A stretch of 64,000 nucleotides of DNA. Origin: an uncultured Chloroflexia bacterium. Lineage in GTDB: Bacteria; Chloroflexota; Limnocylindria; Limnocylindrales; CSP1-4. Positions 47,642-57,374 of the stretch are shown here, piece by piece. The first letter of the stretch is position 1; each line of letters opens with the position of its first letter. The translations under genes were made by a program, and so were the position numbers. The notes under the pieces are model-generated. The model saw only the letters and a program-made list of their open reading frames with translations, was not told where the DNA came from and searched no databases. The stretch covers positions 480,001-544,000 of the forward strand of contig CAVVJT010000004.1 of assembly GCA_963748625.1 (NCBI GenBank), given 5' to 3'.

Positions 47642-49003
47642 ATGAGCCCGCGCACCCTTGACCGCGCCCGCCTGGAGCGGCTGATGGCCGACGAGATGGC
47701 CGCCTTCGAAGCCGGCAACCCACGCTCCCGCGAGCTGTACCAGCGCGCGCAGGACTCGCTGCTCGACGGCGTCCCGATGAACTGGATGATCAAGTGGGCG
47801 GGTGCCTATCCCCTGTTCGTCGAGGAGGCGTGGGGCGCCCGGTTCCGCGACGTGGACGGCCACGAGTACGTCGACTTCTGCCTGGGCGACACGGGTGCGA
47901 TGGCGGGGCATGGCCCTGAGGCCACGCGCCTTGCCGTCGAGGCCCAGATGCGCAAGGGCATCACCCACATGCTGCCCACCGAGGACGCGATCGTCGCCGC
48001 CGATGAGCTGCGCCGCAGGTTCGGCGTCCGCTACTGGCAGTTCACGCTCACGGCCACGGACGCCAACCGGTTCGTGATCCGGCTCGCCCGCCACATCACT
48101 GGCCGCTCCAAGGTCCTCGTCCACAACCACTGCTACCACGGGTCGGTGGACGAGACATTCGCCGTCATCGACACCGACGGCGGTGTCATCGCGCGGCCCG
48201 GCAACATCGGCAAGCCCGTGGCGCTCGCCGAGACCACGCGGGTCGTGGAGATCAACGATCTCGAAGGCCTCGAGCGCGAGCTCAGCAAGGGCGATGTCGC
48301 AGTCTGCCTCTTCGAGCCTGCCCTCACCAACGTGGGCATCGTGCTGCCGGATCCCGGCTACCACGAGGCCGTCCGAGCGCTGACCCGCAAGTACGGGACA
48401 CTCCTCGTCAACGACGAGACCCACACGATCTGCGCGGGTCCCGGCGGCTACACCGGCGCCTACGACCTCCAGCCCGACATCGTGACGATCGGCAAGACCA
48501 TCGGCGGCGGCATCCCCTCGGCGGCGTACGGCTTCACGGACGAGGTCGCGGCGCGGGTGTCGGCATCGATCGAGCGGGAGGACTGCGACGTCGGCGGCAT
48601 CGGCGGGACCCTCGCCGGGAATGCGCTCTCGCTCGCGGCCGTGCGCGCGACGCTCACCCAGGTGCTCACGGACGAGGCATTCGAGCGGATGATCCCGCTC
48701 GCCGAGCGCTTCGAGGCCGGCGTGAACGACGTCCTGGCCCGCCACGACGTCCCCTGGCACGTCACCCGCCTGGGCTGCCGCGCGGAGTACCACTTCCTCC
48801 CGGACAAGCCGCGCAACGGCTCCGACCTGCACGATGCGATGGACCCCGAGCTGGAGCGGTTCCTGCACCTGTGGGCGATGAACCGGGGCATCCTCATGAC
48901 GCCGTTCCACAACATGGCCCTGATGTCGCCCGCGACCACCGAGGCCGACGTGGACCGCCACACCGAGGTGTTCGAGGCAGCCGTGAGGGCGCTCTTCGAC
49001 TGA
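47642..49003 (+). CDS. Class III PLP aminotransferase (glutamate-1-semialdehyde aminomutase-like)
   Basis: GVPMNW, DVDGHEYVDFCLGD, YHG, DETHT, GKTIGGGIP, GGTLAGN. Confidence 0.92.
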   Translation: MSPRTLDRARLERLMADEMAAFEAGNPRSRELYQRAQDSLLDGVPMNWMIKWAGAYPLFVEEAWGARFRDVDGHEYVDFCLGDTGAMAGHGPEATRLAVEAQMRKGITHMLPTEDAIVAADELRRRFGVRYWQFTLTATDANRFVIRLARHITGRSKVLVHNHCYHGSVDETFAVIDTDGGVIARPGNIGKPVALAETTRVVEINDLEGLERELSKGDVAVCLFEPALTNVGIVLPDPGYHEAVRALTRKYGTLLVNDETHTICAGPGGYTGAYDLQPDIVTIGKTIGGGIPSAAYGFTDEVAARVSASIEREDCDVGGIGGTLAGNALSLAAVRATLTQVLTDEAFERMIPLAERFEAGVNDVLARHDVPWHVTRLGCRAEYHFLPDKPRNGSDLHDAMDPELERFLHLWAMNRGILMTPFHNMALMSPATTEADVDRHTEVFEAAVRALFD

Positions 49004-49061
49004 TCGTCACCGGGCGCCGGGGGCCCGCTGGGTCACCGTGCCGGCACACGAGCCGCCGTTC

Positions 49062-49372
49062 CCGGGTCCTGTCGCCCTCCGGCTGCGCGCCAGACGGTCA
49101 CACGGTGCAGCCGGAGCGCTCGATGCGCGGCTCGTGCGCAGGTCGTGCCGTCGGGACCTTGCCGGAGCGCACGGGCGGCGCGCCAGGCGCACAACAAGCG
49201 ACGTCACCGCTCCGTGTGCGCGGCTGTTGCGCACGGCAGCGGTCGCCGTGGGAGACGCCCGGTGCTACCGCTCGCGATCAGCGCCATCAACCTAGTTGGT
49301 GACGGACTCCTCGTTGTCACCAACGTCGCGGGAGGCCGGTGCCAGGCATGGCGGCACGAGACACTCGTGCCG
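49062..49372. repeat. Dispersed structured intergenic element, copy 2
   Basis: About 86% identical to 7852-8073 over 222 nt; ends with hairpin cggcacgag-aca-ctcgtgccg. Confidence 0.9.
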
Positions 49373-49417
49373 TATCGCCACAGATCTGTGTCGCCACGCC
49401 CGGCGTGGCCCCAAGGG

Positions 49418-50320
49418 TCAGCGGAGGTCGTCGCCTGACCCTGGCACCGGCCACTCGACGCCCATCTCGGCCATGAACGCCGCGGTCTCCGGGTCGAGCA
49501 GCAGCTCGTCGAGACCGCGTGGATCGTCCATCGCGCCGACCTGCTCTTCGGACATCCTGATCACGGTCAGCCGATACCCCACGGCGCGACTGCGGATCTC
49601 GGTCAGGCGGGCCTGGCGCACGAGCGCCGCCTCGGCGATGCATGCCGCATCCACGAGGGCAGCGACGACGGCCGCGAGCACGTCGAGCGCCGGCGCATCG
49701 AGCGGCATCTCGCCGGTCTCGAGCACCAGCTCCACCGCCACCGGCGTGGACCACGCGCCCCTCTGCCCGCGGAGCTCCGCGCGGACACCAGCGATCAAGG
49801 CAGCGCGCGCTGCCACGTCTGCTTGCGTCATCGATCCGGGGCGCGAGGGCGGGATGGTCTCGAACGCGAGCTCGATCCGACGGTTCTGCCAGCTCTCATC
49901 ACCTGCGGCGTCGGCAGCATCTCCGGCGTGGCTCGTGTCGGCATGGGGATCTCGGTCCGCCGGGTCGGACTCGGCGATCGCCTGGATGCGGCTCCAGATC
50001 GACGCGGGCATGCCCTGGCGCCAGACCGTTGCGAGCGCCCGCCGGAGGCGGGGGTTGACCGCGGCCTCGGCCTCCACCGCATCGATCACGCGGGCGCCGT
50101 GCCGGGCAAGGTAGTCCTCGAGCGGGCCCGCGGCGAGGCCGGCCAGGTTGGCATCAGGCGTGCGACGGACCAGCGTGAGCAGGACCGGCCACGCGACGTC
50201 CGGCCGGCCTTCGACCAGGGCCTCGACCACATTCCACGCCCAGTGGTTCTCGCCGGCCCAGCCATCCAGCTGGGCGAGGTAGCCGTCGATCACCAGGCTG
50301 GCGAGCGTGTCGTTGGTCAC
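49418..50320 (-). CDS. DUF6869-like N-domain fused to a possible degenerate RusA-like domain
   Basis: AWPVLLTLV..LAAGPLEDYLARHG..RLRRALATVW; C-part PVAVELVL..LDVLAAVVAALVDAACI; GTGA overlap with GNAT. Confidence 0.6.
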   Translation of the reverse strand: MTNDTLASLVIDGYLAQLDGWAGENHWAWNVVEALVEGRPDVAWPVLLTLVRRTPDANLAGLAAGPLEDYLARHGARVIDAVEAEAAVNPRLRRALATVWRQGMPASIWSRIQAIAESDPADRDPHADTSHAGDAADAAGDESWQNRRIELAFETIPPSRPGSMTQADVAARAALIAGVRAELRGQRGAWSTPVAVELVLETGEMPLDAPALDVLAAVVAALVDAACIAEAALVRQARLTEIRSRAVGYRLTVIRMSEEQVGAMDDPRGLDELLLDPETAAFMAEMGVEWPVPGSGDDLR

Positions 50321-50871
50321 AGGTTCGTCGCCTCCTGGTCGGCTGGCACCACGTCGTCGAAGAGGCCTGGCGGCCGCCACCACCAGCGGCGCTCCTGGAT
50401 CGGCTTGCCGGCGATCTCCTCCACCAGCTCGTCGCCCGGTTCGAAGCCGCGGGCCACATAGAAGGGTTCGCCGAGGACGTTGCCGATCAGCACATCGGCG
50501 GCGAGGTCGCGGTCCGGATTGCGAGCCAGCACTGCTTCGAGAAGGGCGCTGCCCAGACCTCGGCCACGCGCGTCCGGCAGGGTGTAGATCGCCACGAGCT
50601 GGACATGGTCCCCGTGGTCGACCGTCTCGGCAAAGGCCGCCGCTGGCCCGTCGTCGGCGAAGGCTGCCACCAGCACGTCGTGGCGCTCGAGGCGGACGGC
50701 GATCCGCTCCGGGGCATACGCCGTGGCCAGGAACCGCTCGATCGCGTCGGCGTCGATCAGGGCCGCGTACGTCGCCCGCCACGCGGCGGCTGCGATCGCA
50801 CGGATCGCCTCCACGTCGTCCGGTGCGGCGGGCCGGACGATCACGCGTGTCGGAGCGCCTGGAGTGGTCAC
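50317..50871 (-). CDS. GNAT N-acetyltransferase
   Basis: VRPAAPDD..AWRATY, IYTLPDARGRGLGSALL, FYVARGF. Confidence 0.9.
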   Translation of the reverse strand: MTTPGAPTRVIVRPAAPDDVEAIRAIAAAAWRATYAALIDADAIERFLATAYAPERIAVRLERHDVLVAAFADDGPAAAFAETVDHGDHVQLVAIYTLPDARGRGLGSALLEAVLARNPDRDLAADVLIGNVLGEPFYVARGFEPGDELVEEIAGKPIQERRWWWRPPGLFDDVVPADQEATNL

Positions 50872-50969
50872 GCCGGGAGTCTACGAGGCATGCCCGCGAC
50901 GCGCCGCACCCGATCGCACGCAGCACCCGTGCCATACAGGTGGCACGCACCGCCCATACGATGGCCGCG

Positions 50970-53900
50970 ATGCAGACCATCGACGGCAAGCCGGTTTTCG
51001 CGGCCACGGACCTCGTGGGCTACCTCGCGTGCGAGCACCGCCTTGCGCTCGAGCGTGCCGCGCTGGCGAAGCTCGTCAAGAAGCCCGTCCGCAACGATCC
51101 GAACATCGAGATCGTGGCCAAGCGCGGCATCGAGCACGAGCACCGCTACCTCGAGTCGCTGCGCGCCGCAGGCAAGCGGATCGTCGAGATTGCGATGGAC
51201 GGGTCGAAGGTGGCGCCGCTCGAGATCGCCGGCACCGAGGGCGAGGCGCTCCCGCCGGACCCGGGTGTCGAGTTGCGCGCTGCGCAGGCTGAGACCATCG
51301 CCGCAATGGGCGCGGGCGCGGATGTTGTCTACCAGGCCACCTTCTTCAACGGGACCTGGCGCGGCCACGCGGACTTCCTGGTCAAGGTCGACCATCGCAC
51401 CGGCGAGCCGGACTCGGCGTTCGGGCCCTGGCACTACGAGGTCGCCGATACCAAGCTTGCCCGCCACGTGAAGGCGTCGGCCATCCTGCAGATCTGCTCG
51501 TACGTGGAGCAGCTGACCGCGATCCAGGGCATCCAGCCGGAGTTCCTCCACGTGGCACTGGGCGGCAGCGCCCGGACCACGGAGCGGCTGCGCGTGAACG
51601 ACTTCATGGCGTACTACCGGCGGGTCAAGGCGGACTTCGAGGCCGCGGTGGGGCTGCGCGGGCCGGGCATTCCGGTGGTCTATCCGCCGGTCGGGACGTA
51701 CCCGGAGCCCGTGGACCACTGCGACGTCTGCCGCTGGGCGCCGGACTGCCGGGCGAAGCGGCGCGCGGACGATCATCTCTCGCTCGTGGCCGGGGCCAGC
51801 CGCCGGCAGCGGGACGCGCTCGTCGCGCGCGACGTGCCGACGCGGCGCGGGCTCGCCGTTCTCCCACTCCCCATGGAGCCCGCGCTCGAGGGCGTGAGCG
51901 CAGAAGCCCTCCATCGCGTCCGCGAGCAGGCCCGCCTCCAGGTGGAGTCAGTTGGCCTCAAGGTGCCCAAGTTCGAACTGCTGCCGCTCGACCGGGACGG
52001 CGACGGCGCCCTCGTCCCGGAACGCGGCCTCCTCGGGCTGCCGGAGCCGAGCCCGGGTGACCTGTACCTCGACTTGGAGGGCGATCCATACGCGCTCGAT
52101 GACGGCGTCGACTACCTGTTCGGCATCCTGGAGCCCGCCGTGGCCGAGGACGACGAACGGTGGATGGACGCCTCGACCGAGGGGATGGACCTGCCGCATG
52201 TGCCCAAATTCCACGCGTTCTGGAGCCTGGACGCGGACGGCAAGGTCACGCCGGGCGGCGAGCGCGCGGCCTTCGAGCAGGCGATCGACCTGATCATGGC
52301 CCGCCGGGAGGTGGATCCGAACCTGCACGTCTACCACTACGCGCCCTACGAGCCCACGGCGCTGGGGCGCATCGCCCAGCGGTACGGCACCCGCGAGGAG
52401 GAGGTGGACCGCCTGCTGCGCGCGGACGTGCTGGTGGACCTGTACCGCGTGGTGCGCCAGGGCATCCGGGTTGGCGTGGAGAGCTACTCGATCAAGAAGC
52501 TCGAGCCGCTGTACGGCCTCGTCCGCGAGATCGACCTCAAGGACGCGGGCTCGTCCATCGTGGAGTTCGAGCGCTGGCTGGAACTCGGCGGCCAGGAGGC
52601 CGTGACGGACGGGCCGAGGATCCTCGCCCAGATCGCCGACTACAACCGTGATGACGTCGTCTCCACGCTCCGCCTCAGGGACTGGCTGGAGCTGCGTCGC
52701 GCGGAGCTCGCCGCGCAGGAGGGGCTCACGCTCCCCCGCCCCGTCCCGGACCCCGAGCACGGCTCCGAGGAGTCGCTCGCCGAGCGGACGGCCGTCCAGG
52801 AGCTGGTGGTCCGCCTGACCGAGGGCACCTCGGACGACCCGGCCGTCCGCTCCGAGCACCCCGACGAGGCCGCGCGCTGGCTGCTCGCGCAGCTGCTCGA
52901 ATGGCACCGCCGCGAGGACAAGGCGAGCTGGTGGCGCTTCTTCGACCTCATGGAGATGAACGAGGAGCAGCTGCTCGAGGCGCGCGAACCGCTCACGGGC
53001 CTCGTCTTCACCGGTGAGGCCGAGATCAAGCCGGGCGGCAACGGGACGTGGACGTTCAGGTACCCGGAGCAGGAGCACGGACTTGACGCCGGCACCGAGG
53101 GCTGGGACCCGCTGACCCGCAAGGACACGCGCCTCGCCGCTGGCAAGGTCAGCGAGATCGACGAGGCCGCGCGGACCCTCAAGCTGTACCGGACGAAGAG
53201 CCAGGCCCTGCTCCCGCTGCCGGCGTCGCTCGTGCCCAACGGGATCATCCCCACGGGTGGTCTCGCGAAGAGCCTCCAGCGGACCGGTGCGTGGGTCGCG
53301 GACCATGGCGCTGGCGCGGCGGACCCCGCGCTCGCGGCGGCACGCGCGCTGCTCCTGCGGCGACCCCCGGCGTCGGGTTTTGGCCCGGGCACCAGCCTGC
53401 GGCGCGACGGCGAGGCGACGATCGACGCGGCGGTGCGGCTCGCGCTCGAGCTCGATGGGGACGTGCTCGCCATCCAGGGCCCGCCCGGGTCCGGCAAGAC
53501 GTTCACGGGCGCGCACATGATCGTGGCCCTTGCGCGGGCAGGGAAGAAGGTCGGCGTGACCGCCAACAGTCACAAGGTCATCGGCAATCTGCTCGACAAC
53601 GTCGCGGCGGTGGACGCGAAGACACGGGACGCGGGCACAGCGCCGGTGCGCATCGGCCAGAAGCCCAAGGACGGCCAGCGGCCGGCAAGCGAGGCCGCCG
53701 CCGCCGTTGCAACGACGCCTGATGTCGCCGCCCGCCTGGCCGGCGATGAGCTCGATGTCGTGGGGGCCGTGGCCTGGACCTGGTGCGCCGAGTCCATGGC
53801 CGGCCCGGAACCGGTGCTCGATGTCCTCGTCGTGGACGAGGCGGGCCAGATGAGCCTTGCGAATGTGCTCGCCTGCGCGCCCGCCGCCCGCTCGATCGTG

Positions 53901-54710
53901 CTTCTCGGCGATCCACAACAGTTGGACCAGCCCACGCGGGGGACGCATCCGCCGGGCGCCGGCCGGAGCGCCCTCGGGCACCTGCTCGCCGACCCGGCGG
54001 GCCTCGGGCCGGACCGGGCGACCATCGCACCGCACGAGGGCCTGTTCCTGGACCGGACGTGGCGGCTCCACCCGGAGATCTGCGACTACACGTCCGCGGC
54101 CTTCTACGAGGGGCGGCTGGACACCGTCGATGGCCTTGAGAACCAGCTCGTCACGGGCGGCGCCGCGCTGTCTGGGACGGGCATCCGGCTCGTCACCGTG
54201 GACCACGAGGGGAACGACACCTCGTCCAAGGAGGAGGCGGCGCGCATCGTGGAGCTCGTCCGCGAGGTGCTCGGGACGGATGCCGCCTGGCGCGATATGG
54301 AGGGCGGCAGCCGGCTCTTGCGAGCCCAGGACGTGATCATCGTGGCGCCGTACAACAACCACGTCGCCGAGATCGAGCGCGCGCTGGCTGCGGCAGGGCT
54401 CGCCGGCGTGGCGGTAGGGACGGTCGACAAGTTCCAGGGCCAGGAGCGGCCGGTCAGCATCTACGCGATGGGGACCTCGTCGCCGGAGCTCGCGCCGCGC
54501 GGCCTCGAGTTCCTCTACTCGGGCAACCGCCTCAACGTCGCCACGTCACGGGCGAGGGCGGTTGCAGCCGTCGTGTGCTCGCCGTCGCTGCTCCGCGTCG
54601 CCTGCCACACGCCGCGCCAGATGCGCCTCGCCAACGGCCTGTGCCTGGCGGTCGAGGCGGCAGAGCGGACTCCGGGACGGATCCCGGAGGGGATATCGTC
54701 GGGGGCGTGA
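50970..54710 (+). CDS. TM0106-family RecB-like nuclease / RNase H-like / SF1 helicase fusion
   Basis: ACEHR, GHADFL..YEVADTKL, CDVCRW..C, DLEGDP, SYSIKKLE, YNRDD, QGPPGSGKT, DEAGQ, GDPQQL, TVDKFQGQE, RLNVATSRA. Confidence 0.93.
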   Translation: MQTIDGKPVFAATDLVGYLACEHRLALERAALAKLVKKPVRNDPNIEIVAKRGIEHEHRYLESLRAAGKRIVEIAMDGSKVAPLEIAGTEGEALPPDPGVELRAAQAETIAAMGAGADVVYQATFFNGTWRGHADFLVKVDHRTGEPDSAFGPWHYEVADTKLARHVKASAILQICSYVEQLTAIQGIQPEFLHVALGGSARTTERLRVNDFMAYYRRVKADFEAAVGLRGPGIPVVYPPVGTYPEPVDHCDVCRWAPDCRAKRRADDHLSLVAGASRRQRDALVARDVPTRRGLAVLPLPMEPALEGVSAEALHRVREQARLQVESVGLKVPKFELLPLDRDGDGALVPERGLLGLPEPSPGDLYLDLEGDPYALDDGVDYLFGILEPAVAEDDERWMDASTEGMDLPHVPKFHAFWSLDADGKVTPGGERAAFEQAIDLIMARREVDPNLHVYHYAPYEPTALGRIAQRYGTREEEVDRLLRADVLVDLYRVVRQGIRVGVESYSIKKLEPLYGLVREIDLKDAGSSIVEFERWLELGGQEAVTDGPRILAQIADYNRDDVVSTLRLRDWLELRRAELAAQEGLTLPRPVPDPEHGSEESLAERTAVQELVVRLTEGTSDDPAVRSEHPDEAARWLLAQLLEWHRREDKASWWRFFDLMEMNEEQLLEAREPLTGLVFTGEAEIKPGGNGTWTFRYPEQEHGLDAGTEGWDPLTRKDTRLAAGKVSEIDEAARTLKLYRTKSQALLPLPASLVPNGIIPTGGLAKSLQRTGAWVADHGAGAADPALAAARALLLRRPPASGFGPGTSLRRDGEATIDAAVRLALELDGDVLAIQGPPGSGKTFTGAHMIVALARAGKKVGVTANSHKVIGNLLDNVAAVDAKTRDAGTAPVRIGQKPKDGQRPASEAAAAVATTPDVAARLAGDELDVVGAVAWTWCAESMAGPEPVLDVLVVDEAGQMSLANVLACAPAARSIVLLGDPQQLDQPTRGTHPPGAGRSALGHLLADPAGLGPDRATIAPHEGLFLDRTWRLHPEICDYTSAAFYEGRLDTVDGLENQLVTGGAALSGTGIRLVTVDHEGNDTSSKEEAARIVELVREVLGTDAAWRDMEGGSRLLRAQDVIIVAPYNNHVAEIERALAAAGLAGVAVGTVDKFQGQERPVSIYAMGTSSPELAPRGLEFLYSGNRLNVATSRARAVAAVVCSPSLLRVACHTPRQMRLANGLCLAVEAAERTPGRIPEGISSGA

Positions 54711-56077
54711 CCCATCCCGCCGCACTGCGGCCACTGGACCTGAGCCCCGCCGACCTCGCCTCCGGGCGGAAACGCGCCCGCGCGACCCTCGTGACCGGCG
54801 TCGCCCTCGGGAGCACTGGCCACATCGCCGCGGTCACGGTCGCCACGCTCGTCGCGGAGGACCTTCTCGGGTCCACGACGTTCGCGGGCGCCCCGGGCGC
54901 GACCGTGGTCCTGGGTGCGGCCCTTGGCGCGGTACTGCTGTCGGCCCTGATGTCCCAGCGCGGCCGACGGATGGGCCTGACCCTGGGTTACGCGGTTGGC
55001 GTCGGCGGGGCGCTCCTGGCGACGCTCGCCGTCTTCGGCCGCTCGTTCCCGCTCCTGCTGCTGGGGACGCTGTTCATCGGCTTCGGCAACTCCTCGAACC
55101 AGCTCTCACGCTACGCGTCGTCGGACATGTCGCCCGCGGCCAAGCGGGCGTCCGCCATCGGCCTCGTGGTCTGGGCGTCCACCGTGGGCTCGGTCATCGG
55201 CCCGTGGCTGGTGCCGATCGCGGGCGCCATGGCGATGCAGGCGGGCCTGCCGATGCTTGCCGGACCCTATCTCGTCCCCGTGCTGTTCGTGGGGACGGCG
55301 GCCGTCGCCACGTTCGTGTTCCTGCGCCCCGACCCGTACGAGCTCGCCGACGAGGATTCGGTCACCCCCGAGGACCTTGTCGTCTCGAAGGATCCCGTCC
55401 GCGAGATCCTCCGCCGGCCCGGCGTGGGGGCCGCGATCGTCGCCCTGATCGCGGGCCAGTTCGTGATGACGCTGATCATGACGATGACCCCGCTCCACAT
55501 GACCCAGCACGGCCACGACCTGGGTGCCGTGGGCCTCGTCCTCTCCGGCCACACCCTGGGGATGTTCGCCCTGTCCCCCATCTCCGGCCGGCTCACCGAG
55601 CGGTTCGGCTCGGTGAGGACGATCCTGGCCGGGTCGGTCGTATTGGGCGTGTCGGCGGTGATGGCGGCGATGGCCCCGCCCGACGGTGGCGTGATGCTGT
55701 TCGTCGCCCTGTTCCTCCTGGGCTACGGCTGGAACCTCGGCTTCGTGGCGGGCTCCACCATGCTCTCCGAGCGCCTGGAGATCCACGAGCGCACGCGCAT
55801 CCAGGGCCTCGCCGATGCCCTGATCTGGTCGGCCGCCGCGGCCGCGAGCCTCGGATCCGGGATCGTCATGGCGGTCGCGGGCTACACGGCCCTCGCGATC
55901 CTGGGCATGGGCGCGGTCGTCGTGATGGCCGCGGTGATGAGGAACTACCGGCGCGAGGCCACGCGCGACCTCCAGCACGGCCATGGGGATGCCGGCGAAC
56001 GCCTGGATCTCGAGGGCTCGGACGGCGTGATGCCGCACATCCACCCGGAGCCCGAGCCGCCCCCGGACATCGTCTGA
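54707..56077 (+). CDS. MFS transporter
   Basis: ~12 TMs, MSQRGRRMGL, GRLTERFG; GTGA overlap with the upstream gene. Confidence 0.92.
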   Translation: MTHPAALRPLDLSPADLASGRKRARATLVTGVALGSTGHIAAVTVATLVAEDLLGSTTFAGAPGATVVLGAALGAVLLSALMSQRGRRMGLTLGYAVGVGGALLATLAVFGRSFPLLLLGTLFIGFGNSSNQLSRYASSDMSPAAKRASAIGLVVWASTVGSVIGPWLVPIAGAMAMQAGLPMLAGPYLVPVLFVGTAAVATFVFLRPDPYELADEDSVTPEDLVVSKDPVREILRRPGVGAAIVALIAGQFVMTLIMTMTPLHMTQHGHDLGAVGLVLSGHTLGMFALSPISGRLTERFGSVRTILAGSVVLGVSAVMAAMAPPDGGVMLFVALFLLGYGWNLGFVAGSTMLSERLEIHERTRIQGLADALIWSAAAAASLGSGIVMAVAGYTALAILGMGAVVVMAAVMRNYRREATRDLQHGHGDAGERLDLEGSDGVMPHIHPEPEPPPDIV

Positions 56078-56090
56078 GCGGAACCCCCGA

Positions 56091-57374
56091 TCAGGCGCCC
56101 AGCTCGTCCGCCACCCAGGCCGCGAGCACCCGCGCACAGGTCTCGACCTCGGCGAGCGGCACGCGCTCGTCCGATGCATGTGCCAGGCGCACGTCGCCCG
56201 GGCCGTAGATCACGCACGGCGTGGCGCCGGGCCCGATGAACAGGCGCATGTCGGCCCCGTACGGCACCCCCAGGACGGCGGGTGCGCGTCCCGTGACCGC
56301 AGTCGCCATCCTGCCCAGGCGCACCGGCAGCGGGTGGTTGGCGGCAACGCGGGACGAGGCGAACTCGGCCCCGTAGACCTCCACCGTCGCCGGGTGGTCC
56401 CGCAGGAACGGGTCCGCCGCGCAGGCAGCCTCGATGCAGGCCCGCAGCTCGGCGGCAGCTTCGGCGGGATCCTGGCCCAGCCGGACGCCGTACCGTCCGT
56501 CCGCAACGACCTTGTCCATCACGGTGGACGCCCACTCCCCGCCCGCCACCTTGCCCACGATCGTGGGGTACGGCAGCCCGATGGCGGTCATGAGCGGGTC
56601 CTTCTCCGCGGCATTGCGGAGGGCCTCGTCGGCCTCGAGCGCGCGGACGAGCGTGTGGAGGTTGTCGAGTGCGGACACGCCCTCGGTCCTGCGGCTCGCG
56701 TGCGCGGCCCTGCCGGGGACCGTGAGCCGGAAGGTGATGGCACCCGCGTGGGCCACGACCATGTCGAGATTGGACGGCTCGGTGATCACGCACATGTCAC
56801 CGACCGCGCCCGCCCGTATAGCCGCAAGCGACCCCTGGCCGCCGTCCTCCTCGGACGGCACGAGCGCCACGACAAGCTCGCCGCGGAGACGCGTGAGCGC
56901 GCCACACGCACCCAACGCCCGTACCGCGCCCAGGATCGAGGCCACACCGCCCTTCATGTCGCAGGCCCCGCGACCGTACATTGCGCCGTCACGGATCTCA
57001 GCGCCCCACGGGTCCGCCGTCCAGGTATCCGGGTCGCCGATCGGGACCACGTCGATGTGGCCCGACAGCACGATCCGCGCCATTCCACGGACGCCCGCGC
57101 GGCCGATGACCACCGGCAGGGCGGACCGCTCCACTTCCTCGCCCGGCCAGTCGGGGTCGTCGCGGACGGCGGCGGGATCGGGATGGAAGATCTCCACCTC
57201 AAGGCCGAGGGCCTCGAGGTGGTCGGCGAGCTTGACGGCGATCGCGCCCTCGTTGCCCGTGATGCTCGGGATGCGGATGAGCGCGGCGAGGTCCTCGGCG
57301 AGAGCGACAGGGTCGACGGCATCGGCGGCGATCGCCGCGCCCACCGGGAGCTTGGGCCTGCGGACCGGGCTCAT
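56091..57374 (-). CDS. M20 (ArgE/DapE-family) deacylase
   Basis: SGHIDVVP, GRGACDMKGG, SEEDGG, TEP, YGPG..AHASDE. Confidence 0.92.
   Translation of the reverse strand: MSPVRRPKLPVGAAIAADAVDPVALAEDLAALIRIPSITGNEGAIAVKLADHLEALGLEVEIFHPDPAAVRDDPDWPGEEVERSALPVVIGRAGVRGMARIVLSGHIDVVPIGDPDTWTADPWGAEIRDGAMYGRGACDMKGGVASILGAVRALGACGALTRLRGELVVALVPSEEDGGQGSLAAIRAGAVGDMCVITEPSNLDMVVAHAGAITFRLTVPGRAAHASRRTEGVSALDNLHTLVRALEADEALRNAAEKDPLMTAIGLPYPTIVGKVAGGEWASTVMDKVVADGRYGVRLGQDPAEAAAELRACIEAACAADPFLRDHPATVEVYGAEFASSRVAANHPLPVRLGRMATAVTGRAPAVLGVPYGADMRLFIGPGATPCVIYGPGDVRLAHASDERVPLAEVETCARVLAAWVADELGA

Noticed and set aside
50970-51800. cas4 gene
   Set aside because: The Cas4-like nuclease is part of the TM0106 fusion; no CRISPR context.
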